Part shown: one piece after another, positions 12,347-24,800 of the stretch
Layout: the number at the start of each line of letters is the position of its first letter
How positions within the stretch are numbered: position 1 is the stretch's first letter
DNA from: Phoronis australis
Taxonomy: Eukaryota; Animalia; Phoronida
Direction of reading: 5' to 3'
NCBI GenBank assembly: GCA_002633005.1
Contig: NMRA01000117.1
Coordinates: forward strand, 186,001-250,000
DNA length: 64,000 bases
Made by a program: the position numbers and the translations under genes
Notes under the pieces: model-generated
Seen by the model: only the letters and a program-made list of their open reading frames with translations
The model's database searches: none
What the model was told of the DNA's origin: nothing

Positions 12347-12560
12347 CACCGAGAAAGATGGTCACGATGTCAATCAGAAAGTGAGTGAATTGACATCCAA
12401 GCTTCAGCTTGCTCGTAATCAAATTGAAAAGTTGCCAGGAATTGAGTACAGTGAAGAAGAACAAAAGAAACAGGTGGAAGTATTGAGACGACAACTGGAA
12501 ATAAAAACAGAGTTACTGTTGAAGTACAAGAACGCATCAGGGTTTGAGATCGCCAAGTGA
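12347..12560 (+). CDS. MED9: Mediator subunit 9, coding exon 2 (89-aa protein in total)
   Basis: TTTTTACAG acceptor; (S)TEKDGHDVNQKVSELTSKLQLARNQIEKLPGIEYSEEEQKKQVEVLRRQLEIKTELLLKYKNASGFEIAK* matches human MED9 MPGIHLSPEQQ...KNELLQKYKSLCMFEIPK. Absent from the ORF track. Confidence 0.93.
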
Positions 12561-12574
12561 TGCTTTGACGATAA

Positions 12575-12607
12575 TTTAATACTTGTTCTGCTCTCTCTGG
12601 TTCTCAG
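12575..12607 (+). promoter_or_regulatory. 3' splice-acceptor-like signal in the MED9-GEMIN6 spacer
   Basis: TTTAAT (branch-point-like), then CTTGTTCTGCTCTCTCTGGTTCT pyrimidine tract, then CAG, 6 nt before the GEMIN6 ATG. Confidence 0.6.
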
Positions 12608-12613
12608 CTTGCC

Positions 12614-13141
12614 ATGGAACTTGGGGGTTCAGAATTGCATCCTGTGTTTCATCGTGATCCAAGTGAAATGATGCAGTACGTGTATAAACAAGTGGTCGTT
12701 ACCTGTGCAGATAACAAGCAGTACAGTGGCTGGGTGTTTACTGTTGATCCTGTTACTGGCGATATGGTGCTTAAGCACTTTGAAGAGTCTAACAATGACG
12801 TCACTCTCGTCATGGGTCACTGTATTGACTCTGTCACTGTGACCAATGACTGTACAGATACTCATAAGTGTACACTGGATTCCTTGTTCAAACCCGAGGA
12901 GGGTGTTGACTTATCGCCTGTGGAAATCAACACTCGATTTAAGAAGTTGAAAATTTGGTTAGAGCGCAACCTCATCCCAGTAACAGTGACTGGGGATAGT
13001 GCAGATGTGCTGTGCATTGCTGATGCTGTATATATTGACCCACCATACTTTGCAAGCAGTTGTAGCAGTACCAACGAGATCATTCTGGGGAAAGTGCAAG
13101 GACTTGTGCAAAATCTTCCGAGTAATATTGATGACTGGTAA
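12614..13141 (+). CDS. GEMIN6: Gem-associated protein 6 (SMN complex, Sm-like fold), intronless 175-aa ORF
   Basis: YVYKQVVVT...YSGWVFTVDPV...MGHCIDSV...KLKIWLERNLIPV...LCIADAVYIDPPY...CSSTNEIILGKVQGL parallels human GEMIN6 throughout; GCCATGG Kozak context. Confidence 0.95.
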   Translation: MELGGSELHPVFHRDPSEMMQYVYKQVVVTCADNKQYSGWVFTVDPVTGDMVLKHFEESNNDVTLVMGHCIDSVTVTNDCTDTHKCTLDSLFKPEEGVDLSPVEINTRFKKLKIWLERNLIPVTVTGDSADVLCIADAVYIDPPYFASSCSSTNEIILGKVQGLVQNLPSNIDDW

Positions 13142-14628
13142 GACTTGAAAAAGATACGAGATTTGCAGCAGCCTCCCACTGGGCATATAGTTAGACAGTT
13201 TGAATATAAGCTCTTAAATAAGTTCTACAGAAGAACCTCTATCTGTAATGTTTGTGAACCAGCTCGAGTTGCAATGTTAAACAAACACTAGCTAAGCTTA
13301 AAAGAGGGTTGCTGTTGTTCCTAATGGAATTAAGTTAGCTAAAAACTGAAGAAAATAGCGCGAGACAAGGTATTCCATGGGCGTGCCATCATAGACAAAG
13401 ACCAGACAGCTGTTCATCACCATCTCAATAGGTCAAGGGTCCCACTCCCATATGTCTAATCACATGCATGCGTTTTTCAAGTAGTACATTTGTTTCACTG
13501 ATCTCAGCTGTGAATTTACAGCTGTTCTTGGTGATTTGTTGAATGGTGATGACGTGGTATAAATCTGCTCTTTACTTATACATGGGTTCAAATTTTTGCC
13601 GTTTTGTTCACTTTGTGCATAGCTAAGTTAAAATTTAACTGATATTCCCTCAGCTGCCAGTGTACCAAGGTTGAGCAGAGTTCAGGGGTTTCCACGAGTA
13701 TCTGAATATGGCAGGTTTGATTCTACAACTGTCATTGACCTTCTTTTAACATAGACATTTTTATTGCAAGTTAGGTTTTCATTCTTATTTGTAACATAGG
13801 ACAACTGCTTACAAATTGAAATAGTGGAGCAGTTATGATTATTATTGTAATGGTTTTACCAGAAATACTTTTATTTAAACATCAAGGGCTTGTTTCTCAA
13901 AGAGTAGGCAAAAGTCAGAACTCTGACTATAAATAGCCAGAAATTGATTTTTGTCTCGTTTTTGAGCAGACTATGTATTTCTGTCGTTTGATTTTGAGTT
14001 GAGATTTTCGTCCTTTCAGCCATAGCCTGATTTTTGTGAAACAGACTAAGCCATGCGTACTTTTGGATTCAGTTTTGGCCGAAAGTCTAAAGAAAAAAAT
14101 CAATAGACTCTAGGAGAAACAGGCCCAATCTGTTACTATGGTCTTGACTGTTTATTGGTAAGTTTATGTGGGATGCTTCAGAATTTAATAGTTCAAAGGA
14201 TTTACACAATCTTTGAGTCATTTTAGTTATGTATAATAGTTAGTTGAGACTAAGAAATAACGGTCAGTTGACATGAATTTCAAAAATAAACGTAAAGGCA
14301 GAACATTTCAGTTTAAAAGTATATTGATCTTCGCAGAAAGAAATTAGCCATCTCTTCCTATAATGATTCACTTAAAACAATAACTTCTGAGACTAGGTCA
14401 AAATCAGATTGCAGTGACACATCAGGTTAAAACATTAAGACTCCAATAGGAGTTGTGATAGAGAGTCTTCAGTTTGTGACATCTTCACTGTAATACTTGC
14501 CAACAACTTACCTATGTCACAATACGTGATTACTGATTTAAGCAGTAAGCAATGAAAAGCTCTTAACAAAAATAATGAATCTAAAATGACAGGACAGCTA
14601 ACCTGAAAATTGTTGTAACCACAGTTTC

Positions 14629-14731
14629 AAATGTTCACTAGTCAATATGACCTGCTGAGTACAGGTCAAAACTTGTCATGTTTACAAATGTTCACCAGTC
14701 AACATGACCTACTGAGTACAGGTCAAAACTT
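14629..14731. repeat. Short tandem duplication (~57-bp period, 2 copies)
   Basis: AAATGTTCAC(T/C)AGTCAA(T/C)ATGACCT(G/A)CTGAGTACAGGTCAAAACTT occurs twice. Confidence 0.75.
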
Positions 14732-16140
14732 TCCATGCATACAAATTTAGCTACGCCCAAGCTGTGAACAATAGTCAACCAACAAATTAAACCAATTCGA
14801 CTGTCTATTATGACGTCATTTTGATGTTTTGGATCCGGTCAAACAAAAATGAAACCAAAATTAAAAACAATAATTAGGCCAGATTTACAAGCGCTATAAA
14901 TTACTAAGCACTTAAAAGTTTTAGCATGCTATGGACCTGGTCATTCTCTATTCTTTTCAACACAATTGGTACAACCATCGTCGGTGCACTCTAATGAATC
15001 CTAACATATAATTTTTTTAAGTTTCAAGTACTAAAATGCCTGTCATTAAATGAATGGGGGCAACCCAAGACTTGCAAAATTTTTTAACACGTGACGTGTA
15101 TTTTCATTAATATTTGTGGGCAGGTCCAATTTGTGTCATAATCATGGCACGCACGTCATCACTAAACATCCATATAGCAACCTATTGCCCTATTGGCAAT
15201 CATGTCAATAACTTGTGGGAAATCAGCCATGATCTCACATTGCTGTTGCACGTTACCTTGTTGCATTCGGGACCATGGAAAACTTGATGACTTATCCAAG
15301 TGACTACTCATGCACAAGTGTAGGCATGTACTCCGGATGAAGAAAACCGTGTATACTTGTATAGACTGAGAAGTAATACAAGGACTACTTAAAAGAATGC
15401 TAAGCCGTTTTGGTGATTTCCTCCAATCCTCATTCCAACACGTCTACTAATGATCCATTGGCATCTACCAAGCTAAATGCACTCTTTATGTCATAGATTG
15501 GACATTATGCTCCTTGGTGGGTGGTCTATTCCACAGTTGCCGAGTAATTTGCTAAAAGCGTAGGTCACACTTGCTCATTTTCAAATTTCCCTCCAAACTT
15601 TTAAGGGTTGTCGAGGGTTACAGAACATTATTTTGTATCCGAGAACTGGATGGGAAAATCGTTTTAGTATCTGTTAATAGGTCAAAACCTGGTTTGGGGT
15701 CCTTTTGAGCGAGGAACCATGTTATTTTACTTGTTTTGCCAGATGCATGCAATAACTTGGGTCTTATTCCCTGGGGTACTTGACTATATTTTTTGACCGA
15801 GATGTGGCTTCAAAATTAGCATATCCACACATTTAGGGGGTGGATTTGAAAAATGGTACCTACTTGCCAGGAGATTCTATAAAAAGTCACCTTGTAGGAA
15901 CTAGAAATGCCAAACTTTTATAAAGGTTAGTTCGACAAACCTAACCATTTCGACAACACAAATTTCAAGCCGGAAAGGGTACAAGATGCCATGTGGTCAA
16001 AAATGAGTACAACTTTTGCAACAAGTTTTAAAAATATAATTATTAAAAACTCTTCAGTAGATGTGCTTAGTTGGAGAAGGGACCTTTTATAGAGTTCTCA
16101 ACTCCCAAAATGAACCTTTTGTACGGATCTTTTTTTACAG

Positions 16141-16554
16141 AAGGCACCCTTTAGTAACAAATGTCAAAAGGCACACTGTTATTGAGAAACTGACTGAAAA
16201 AGTAACCGTTCAGAACAGAACATCCCAAACACCCCTTGTATGGGAGTACCCGCGATCTTGTGGACGGATGTGGAGAAGTTTCAAAGTGACAACAAAGGGT
16301 TAAAAATTCACTTCCAACTGTTAAGCCATCCGAACAAAAAAGAATTGGAATTAGTCCTCTTCCCCCATGGAGCACTGGATTACAATTCCTGTTGGCCTAA
16401 AAATCCTTATCGTGACGGGACATCATTTGCATTACTTTGAAAAACATACTTGGGACAATCGTGGGGATGGACAGTCTTTCCAAAGTTTGATCACTTCGAT
16501 CTGATCAAAAGAAATTCTCAATTCAAACTGGATGTTAAAACAGGCAACAACTAA
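16141..16554 (+). pseudogene. Possible decayed protein-coding exon (MATH/TRAF-like remnant)
   Basis: Follows a strong TTTTTTACAG acceptor; protein-like fragments across frameshifts and stops (TPLVWEY, GLKIHFQL, ELELVLFP, SWGWTVFPKFDHFDLIK). Resemblance is by eye only. Confidence 0.25.
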
Positions 16555-17977
16555 ATGGTCAGGACATTATTAATTTCAGTTACATTTGCTAAGCATATTT
16601 CTTGATTTTACATTTGACCAATAATGGAAATGAGTTCTTAAAGCCTACCTTCAACAAAATTTTATTATTTTAGACGTATTCGGCTAACCTTAGTAAAATA
16701 AGAAAACAAGTTCGATCACGCAAATATAAGCCAGTCAAATGATATGTGAACCTGCCTTTTCGTGCCATGTTGTGTCACTGCGAGATCTCAGCACAAGCAA
16801 CAAAAGGCCAATAACAGTTGTATTGAATAGGAATTTGAATAGTGCAGGTGTTATTCGCAGCTGTTTGAATGAAAAGGTGATTCTCGTGGTGACGTAAACA
16901 AAAGCAAGCCAATACGCCAGACAGTTCGTTACATTTGGCAATTTATGGTATTAGTTGGCTCAGAGCGATGCTCTTAACATAATGTAAGAACCAAGTTTAC
17001 AGTTGTTACTGTTGAAGATAGGCTTTAAATCTGCTTTGAGTTGGTGATGCAGTGACATCATGACTAAACTCTCTTGACCCACTTACACCCACCTCTAGCC
17101 TATTTACACTGGGTATGACTTCAGTCAGTCATTTCTCCAGTCATCTTCAGGTGAAGAATGAGCACAAATATCTGGCACACTCACGCTGAGCACTTGCATT
17201 ATATTTTCCCTGTTCATGACTCAGTGGCCCAGTGGGGAATGCTGAACCGACAACCGAAAGGTTCCAAGTTCAAACACTACCATGTACCAGGACTGTACCA
17301 GATACCCATTGTACTAACGCTGTAACACTTGAAGATGGCCAGAGGAACGACCTAGGGAAATATCATGATAATGTTATAGAGGCCAAAGGTTGGAGTAAAT
17401 AGACCAAGAGATTTTAGACATGTTAATAAATGGAAATGATATGCAATTCCAAGACAATCAGGTGGTGGAAACAATACCGGGGCCACGCTTTTCAATTCCA
17501 GCTTCAATCCCCTAAATCTCAGTCCTAGACCAGCAAATACTCAACCCACAGTACAAATTCCATACCTGTGCCCCTAAACTCCAAACACGTGTCAGAAATA
17601 CTCCATACACGGTGACCAAACTTAATACCCAGTTTCTACCCCCTGACAGTGAAGAAACCCTAAAATCCAATCCTTTGAGTTGTTGTACAATCCTAATCAA
17701 AATAATATGGAGTGCAAAACTAAGCTATGCTCTTTCCTAAACAACAGACCTAGACAACAAGCTTATCAGCTTCACTGATAGAGTGTACTGATTCACTCTT
17801 CAACAAATACATGTGGAATGTAATATTTTCTCCAGTAGCACAGTACTCATTTGGCACATTATTGCTGTGATAAAGCTTCTTTCAGATCATCCATGCATAA
17901 CAAAAGCAAAAAATAAAGATATAAACTTGTCATTCGTCAATGGCTCGACAGCAATTGGTGACTGTGTCTAACACACT

Positions 17978-18871
17978 TCACCCATTGTCGTTTTTTTGAT
18001 ATAATCTGTCATTTTCAAATTCAACAAAGTCATCAAGTAAACTAGGCCAAGCCTCAGTGTCATCATAGCTACTGAGGTTATCCCCCACTTGTTCTACAAA
18101 GTTATAAAACATGTCCCATGTGTCGCGAGAAATCCCTCGAATATTAGAATGTTGTTGCAGAAAATTAATCCACCTGGACAGAATCGTTGGCTCCTGCTGG
18201 CTATATACCAGTGTCCACAAACTGATGGCCATGTCTAAAGGCAAAGTCCTTTGTCCGGTGTCGGCATCTAATCCAAACCTATAAGTCCAGCGATAAAGAC
18301 TTTTGAAAGACTGCTTGTTACTTTGCACTTCAGCTAGCATTTCTGGAAATTTTGATTGAATTCCTCTGATTGAATCCACTTTCAAAGCTTTACATCCATG
18401 TGTAAATTCATCCCGTGTAAATCGACACATGGTTTCTGCATTGAATTTCCACGCCAGTACCAAGACTATAAATTCCTCAGGCTTAACATTAAGATCCAAG
18501 CAAAAGCGCTCTATGCCTTCATCGGCTATGTGATCCTCATTTGGATCTTTGTAGTTTTGGAACAACACATTCATCTTAGTCTCCGAGCATTCAGAAGAGC
18601 GACTTAATGTTCCACCTGAACTATGCTTGTTGTGAACATCACCCCCTCCACTGCCTGAACTGTGTCGTTTTATGGGCGGCAATTTGGAGTAATGTGTAAA
18701 CTGCTTTTTCTCCATAGGCATAGCAGCATCTCTGATTGGTCCTATAGGTGGCAGTGCATTAGATGGTGGTAAGCGGGTAGCCAACTCCACGGTGTGGAGC
18801 TGGTCGGCACCAGTTCTTCCATTACTTGCTTTGTGACTTGATTCTTGACAACAGCCCAGACACTGACCCAT
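17978..18871 (-). CDS. DCUN1D3: DCN1-like protein 3 (cullin neddylation factor), 297 aa, single coding exon
   Basis: MGQCLGCC N-terminus (myristoylation Gly2 plus cysteines, as in human MGQC) and PONY/DCN1 motifs (EGIERFCLDL, VLVLAWKFNAETMCRFTR, GISRDTWDMF, YDDTEAWPSLLDDFVE). A CAG acceptor at 18887-18889 makes ATG 18871 the likely start. Confidence 0.95.
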   Translation of the reverse strand: MGQCLGCCQESSHKASNGRTGADQLHTVELATRLPPSNALPPIGPIRDAAMPMEKKQFTHYSKLPPIKRHSSGSGGGDVHNKHSSGGTLSRSSECSETKMNVLFQNYKDPNEDHIADEGIERFCLDLNVKPEEFIVLVLAWKFNAETMCRFTRDEFTHGCKALKVDSIRGIQSKFPEMLAEVQSNKQSFKSLYRWTYRFGLDADTGQRTLPLDMAISLWTLVYSQQEPTILSRWINFLQQHSNIRGISRDTWDMFYNFVEQVGDNLSSYDDTEAWPSLLDDFVEFENDRLYQKNDNG

Positions 18872-21800
18872 CAGGTTATATTTCAGCTGAAATATAAGGG
18901 ACACAACCTTACAATACAATGCTTAACATTTTAAACATGGGTTTAACTTGAGAAATGCAAACTCTGGGTGAGTAAACAAGAATTTTTTAAGAAGTTGAGG
19001 TTGTGTATTAACCTACAGCAACTGAGTAAACCACACTCTTGCAGACCTCTGCAAGGCCAAACAAAACATTGCCTGAAAATGGACAATGCACCATCTGTTA
19101 GTCACAGGCAAGCCAAGAGTGTGGGTTTTGGTAGCTGAAGTTCTTTGTAGATGGCGTTCACAAGGATCTGGATGAGAGTCAAATAAATAAGCAGATTAGT
19201 TGTAGGAATAATACCAAACAAGGGCATTAAAAATGAAATTTTGAATGGAATTCAGAGTTGTGAGTTGAGCTAAAAGTGTAGGCATAATACTGGATGACAG
19301 TTACATGTAAATCTACCACAAAGCTTGTCAGGCTATACTTGTACATTTCAGTTTCAGATTATTTTGTAGAACATTTATCTCGAGAGATTCTGTGACAAGT
19401 CTGGGCCAGTCTGACTGGTCATAGATAATCTACACATGTATTTTTACAAAATGTCAACTAACATCTGACATGCATAATTGAAACTCCGGAGAAACGAAAG
19501 ATATTTTTTATAAATCTAAACATGTAATTGGACAAAATTCTGTTCCCCTTTTCCCCCAGTTATGACATGTTATAACTAGTCATTCCAGCTTTGCTGATGG
19601 AGAAATCCGCTGTCACACAGTTCATCAAAAACACGGAATTCTAGGTCATTTTAAATGAGTGCTTTTGGCATTACTGCATACATACAAATTTCCCAACAAT
19701 CACAAGGCAATTATAAATACAACTATCTAATAATGCACAATGTCTTACTGACAAATACCAAGTAATATTATAACATAATATAACCAAAAATACTCAAAAA
19801 GTAGCGTGTGTCAGTTAATACAAGGAAGATAGATTTGAACAAGAAAGTTGCGCGCCCAAACAATGCGCTAATTTAGTGGCTGTGAAAAACCACAGCCGTA
19901 TTCCTGGAACAATTAGCAATAGAAGATGTGAGAATTACTCAGAGTATGCTTGATGAGTATATTATGTACTAGTTCCAGGAAAAGACAATCTGTTACAGGA
20001 AGTATTTCTTGTTATCGTCAAGGAAAAATCAGACAAATGAATGTTGCTGAGAAAATGTTTCCTCGAACCTCAATAATAAGGGTCCAACAGACAGCTCCTG
20101 TTTGACAAAATGTCTGGTTCTTGGTTTTATGTCAAAAGGTCAGTTGGAGGCCATCACTGACAAGGGGCGATGTATGCAGATTTGGAAAATCAAGAAACCC
20201 ATCCAATCAGAGTTCCAGGAAGTTAATTACAAACAGTGATTGAATAAATATTCAAATGCTTTCAATTGTTCATTTATTGGTGTAGCAAATGGTATGGTAA
20301 AATAAATTTGAAATTATTTTTTTCAGATTTAATGTAAAAATGATGAAAAAGTGAAGTGTCATTTCTGGATTTCTGTTACAAACATTTTTAGTAAAATAAC
20401 AAAAATGTCCTAATAAAAGCAAAAATTTCAAAAATATTAAGAAATAGACCAACAGGCAACATTTGACCATTGACATAAAAGTGACCCCAAAAAGAATGAT
20501 CAGAAAATTTTAAGTTCATGCCACGATTAACTTTGAAGGACTGAAGAATTTTAAGTTCACCACAAAATGCAACAGTCCAGTGAACTTGAAAAAGGACCCG
20601 TTCATAGGCAGCTTCCATGAGACTGTCATTCTTTCATAGGGTTTTGGGTAATGGTCAGCTATAATGTGCCCTGCAAATTTTGAGGATCAGTTTTCTCCAC
20701 TCAATAACAGGCATCAAATTGGTTTTCAAAATACAGTGACGTTAGATCCAGCTATTGTGAGTTTTTGTAACAGAAATGCCATCCTTTGGTAAGGGTAAAC
20801 TCCATACACCTAATCCTTTCACAACTATTCTTAAACACCTGCATTTTTCATCCATTACGACTAAAACCATGCAACAAGACATGCCAGGCTGTCAAAAATA
20901 AGTCTTTGGCAACCAGTGTTTTAAAAACCCTTGCTGTAAATTTGTTTGGTAGGAAAACGCAACCCTTTGTATGGAAACTGGGGGTGAAAAGTCATCTTTC
21001 AGAACAGTACGTCTCACATACATCTTCCACGGGTATACCTCCTTATCATCCCGTGGAGAGGCAGCTTCTTTTTTGATGCTCGGTTTAGTTATTAATATAC
21101 TAAAATGCCGTAAATTTTCAAAATCTTGGATAGACAGGCAAGTACGTACTATACATCTGCCACCTGGAAATGGGGCAAATTATGATGAAACTGTCACTTG
21201 ACAAAACAGATCAAAACCAGTGATCAACTGCCAAGAATTAACTGTACTCTGAAGATTCAATCTATTGAAATTTTAGCCACACAAAACCATAAGTTTGGAA
21301 TCAAACACATCTTATCCTTCAGGGGGGTAAAGTTGCCATGTAAACTATCAAGTTAATGCAGAAACACTTGGCCAGTACATTCAATAATCCATGCAGTATT
21401 GATTATCTTCTATTCAAGCAATTGATGCACTGGAAGGCTGATGTATTTAGGGCAACAGAGTTGTTACAAACACAGCTTATAGTGACATTATCTGTGAGAA
21501 TAGTGATTTTCCGAGATCAGCTTCAGTACAGATTCAGCCTGGAACCTTGGCGGTTGCAACCAAATATTCAACTGGCAGAGATAAATGTAGCTCAATAAAT
21601 GTCAGAGTGTGTTAAGTGTCAACAAGTGACCAACAGACAATAGTGAGGTACAGGAACTTCCAATAAGTCACAGAAACAACGGATTTTGTTGTTTTACAGT
21701 TCTGGTCAAAGCTAATAACTTCGAACAGTAATCCTAAAAATGCAACTTCAAGTTCACCTGTAAAAATGACGATGTCACTTTAGGAATGGACACAATCGGT

Positions 21801-24800
21801 GTTACCGCTGACAAACACATTTCCAGGCTTACTAATTGGACGGCATAGACTTCTAGAAGTTATTGGTTTAGGCCAGAGCAATAACGCAAAATCTGCAGTA
21901 AAGATTGCACCCCTTAAAGCAACACTATTGATGTCTGTTAAGTGCAATTTGGGGCTTATTGTTGGAAGGGTTAGTATGCTTGAAGGTATTAGCTTTGACC
22001 AGAGCTATAAAACAACAAAGTCTGTTTTTTGTGATTGTAAAAAAATTGTCAATTTTTCCATTCTCTGCCAGCCACTCACTGAAATTAAGGACATTGTCAT
22101 AAATATACTTAATACAAACTATATCATAAATCCGGTGGGGGTTTAGCTCTGTCACCAAAGCATTGGACTGTATATTGCAAAGGTTAGGGCTAGTCTCAGA
22201 AAACCACATCTCTGGTGACAAAGTCACTATAATAAGACCTCAGCTGCATTATAACCATGTGCATTATATACAGCTGGATATTTTATGTAGGCATTGTCTG
22301 TTACAGGAGACACCTGCAACAACTAATGACCAGCAATTATTCCCTCAGCCTACATATAACTACAGCTATAATGACTGTAATAAGACACTAGAGAACAACA
22401 AATGACTGACCAACCAACAATACAAAGTCAATGACAGGCACTCCCATTTAAACTAGATCCAAGTTCTGCCTTATGGTTTCTCTAGTCCATGCCCACGGAT
22501 AAGTACTCAAGTGAAATCTTCACATCCGGTGGAATCTGACTTGTGCAAATTTTACAGTATTTCTGCAGATATTGGCATGGTGCCAACAATGACCATGTGA
22601 CGTACTTTAGAAGTTTAGTGAACTTTCACAAATTTAGAACACTATTCTTGACAAGAGATTTCTCTTTCCATACAAGATGAGTACATAGTAGCAAATATTG
22701 CTTTATCAATGTTTGGGGAAAATACTCGCATTTCAGACGATTTTGGAAACTTTGGACTCTGAGGACAAAAGGAAACTTCGAACAAAGGAAACTTTGGCAA
22801 TCACATTTATCCGAATTTAAGATTTCATCATACATCAACTCGACTCTGCTTCCTAAACTGGTAAAGATAAATCGTGCAAAATGTCACAAACCTTTTCATG
22901 CCAAAAGAGAAAATTATTCATACCCTAACATTTACTGGTAATTCAATTTTCAAAGGGTTGGCCAATCCTCCCAAAATTGGTCTCCTCAATAGTGAAGAAA
23001 TCTTTCAATCTTTTTTGATAACATAAACCAACAGTAAACATGGACATACAGTAAACATGGACATATAACTTTCTAAGCCCTTTCTCATACAGTTAAGTAT
23101 GCTACTACTGAAGCTTCTGTGTTAACTGTGGTTAACCGTGAAGTTAAACACCAGCTTCGGAGTTATAATTCAGTTAAGTTACCGAAAGGCAGTGCCTTGC
23201 TGTTTTTAACAGTGCTTGCCATAAAAAATGACCTTTCCCTCTCCTTTAATGGAAACTATAACATCAATTTCACAACGCAGACACCACATTGGGACGATGA
23301 CCATGAATTAGAAAATGACATACCCGGTATTAAAAAATTTGACTCTTGATCAGGTTTACAGCTAATCCTAACAAAGCCGGTATGGCATGGCGGGAACTAG
23401 TTGGTATGGCATGGCGGGAACTAGTTTCGCATACACTACATGTTCAGATTTTTTTAAAATGCAGCATATAGGTGGATATTGAGACAGAATGCTTTTACTG
23501 CCAAAATATTAACTATTCGAACAAATATTAACAAACAGAAACTAGTCACCGACCACTGTTGGAAAATGCAAGCAGCTACACCTGTCGATTACTCTGATGG
23601 CATCAAAGTCAAGTGTTCCCATTGTAGCAAAGCCTCGACATTTCGCTGTTAAATCCACCTCCAAGTTAACCTGAGCTGTTAACTTGGAGGATTCAACACC
23701 AAAGTTAAGTGTCCCCATTGGCAGAAGCTTTGGAGCCAGAGGGAAAGGCCTTTTCAGCACTGTGAGAGCACTGAAACAACTTTCACGTCACACAATTTCA
23801 AATGCTGTTGAGCAAGACAGACCAAGCTGACTAAGATAAAACGAGATTTCTTTCATTCACAAACATTTTGGAGTGTTGCACTTTTTGCCAGAATCATTTG
23901 AGTATTACACAGCATAACTGGTGATTTCATAGCATGATGGTTGCAAAGGATTTATAAAAATAGCAACACATAGCATTCATATGCATCCATTACTGCACAA
24001 CAATAGGTGTGCTTCTAGAGGTCTTTGCATTGTTCTACACAACAGAAAATTCAAACTCTACTGGTGATGATGTTCATGTTCATATGTGAGAGATTTGCAA
24101 TATGTCCACTGAACTAGTGCCAAACATCCAGAAGGTCCGGTTTTGCAAACAAAATGACTAATTCAAGTCAAACTCAAGTTAGTTGCACTGTTTTTCAAAC
24201 TAGACACTGGTGAGTCAGAGCTCAGATTGTTTGATATATCTGAGGTCAGAGCAAAGAAAATCACTGCTGCCATGAGCCAAGTGATAATTCATTAATATTC
24301 CTTCTTCACACTCTGTAAAAAATGGAACTATATTTTTCTGTATCCATACGACATACTTTGAAATCCAATTTTGCATGTGCAGGGAACCCAGACAAACTGT
24401 ATTCACACTAGGGTGTTGTTTTCGGTAGGTACCCCACTGTTCCCTAATATCAAAACTATCGTGTAATTTTGCACATGATACAAAAATTACACCTGAATTT
24501 GAAATTTTATATAATTTCGGCAGTAATGAAACTTCGAAGCAGTGATCTTTCAAAGTACTGAATCTTCCGAGTAATTTGAAGTTCCCTCTTCCCAAATGCA
24601 GCTAGTAGTCATTAAATCTAGTTCAGTATGCACTGTTATGCCATAACCATCAGAATCTTCACACTCTACATAAGGAAGCTTACAAGTACTGTCTGACACA
24701 GGTGCAACACAAGGATTTATGAGAAAAACAATTGAACCATAAAAGTCTAAAGGGTACTGGGCTATCACTTCCACAGTTTACAAAGCAATGAATATGCATA

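Noticed and set aside
6403-12614. In-frame MED9-exon1/GEMIN6 fusion protein
   Set aside because: Splicing 6403 to 12608 puts GEMIN6 out of frame (stop at 12669-12671).
17218-17290. tRNA gene
   Set aside because: A-box- and B-box-like motifs are present but no cloverleaf can be folded; more likely a SINE remnant.
18872-18919. N-terminal extension of DCUN1D3 in the ORF track
   Set aside because: Starts at a non-ATG codon and crosses a splice acceptor; the conserved MGQC start is at 18871.
23655-23695. 13-bp-stem hairpin CCTCCAAGTTAAC/GTTAACTTGGAGG
   Set aside because: Isolated short palindrome, probably a repeat remnant; nothing supports a functional RNA.
24215-24774. Two overlapping minus-strand ORFs in the presumed DCUN1D3 intron
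   Set aside because: No recognisable domain; non-ATG starts; lengths within chance expectation.
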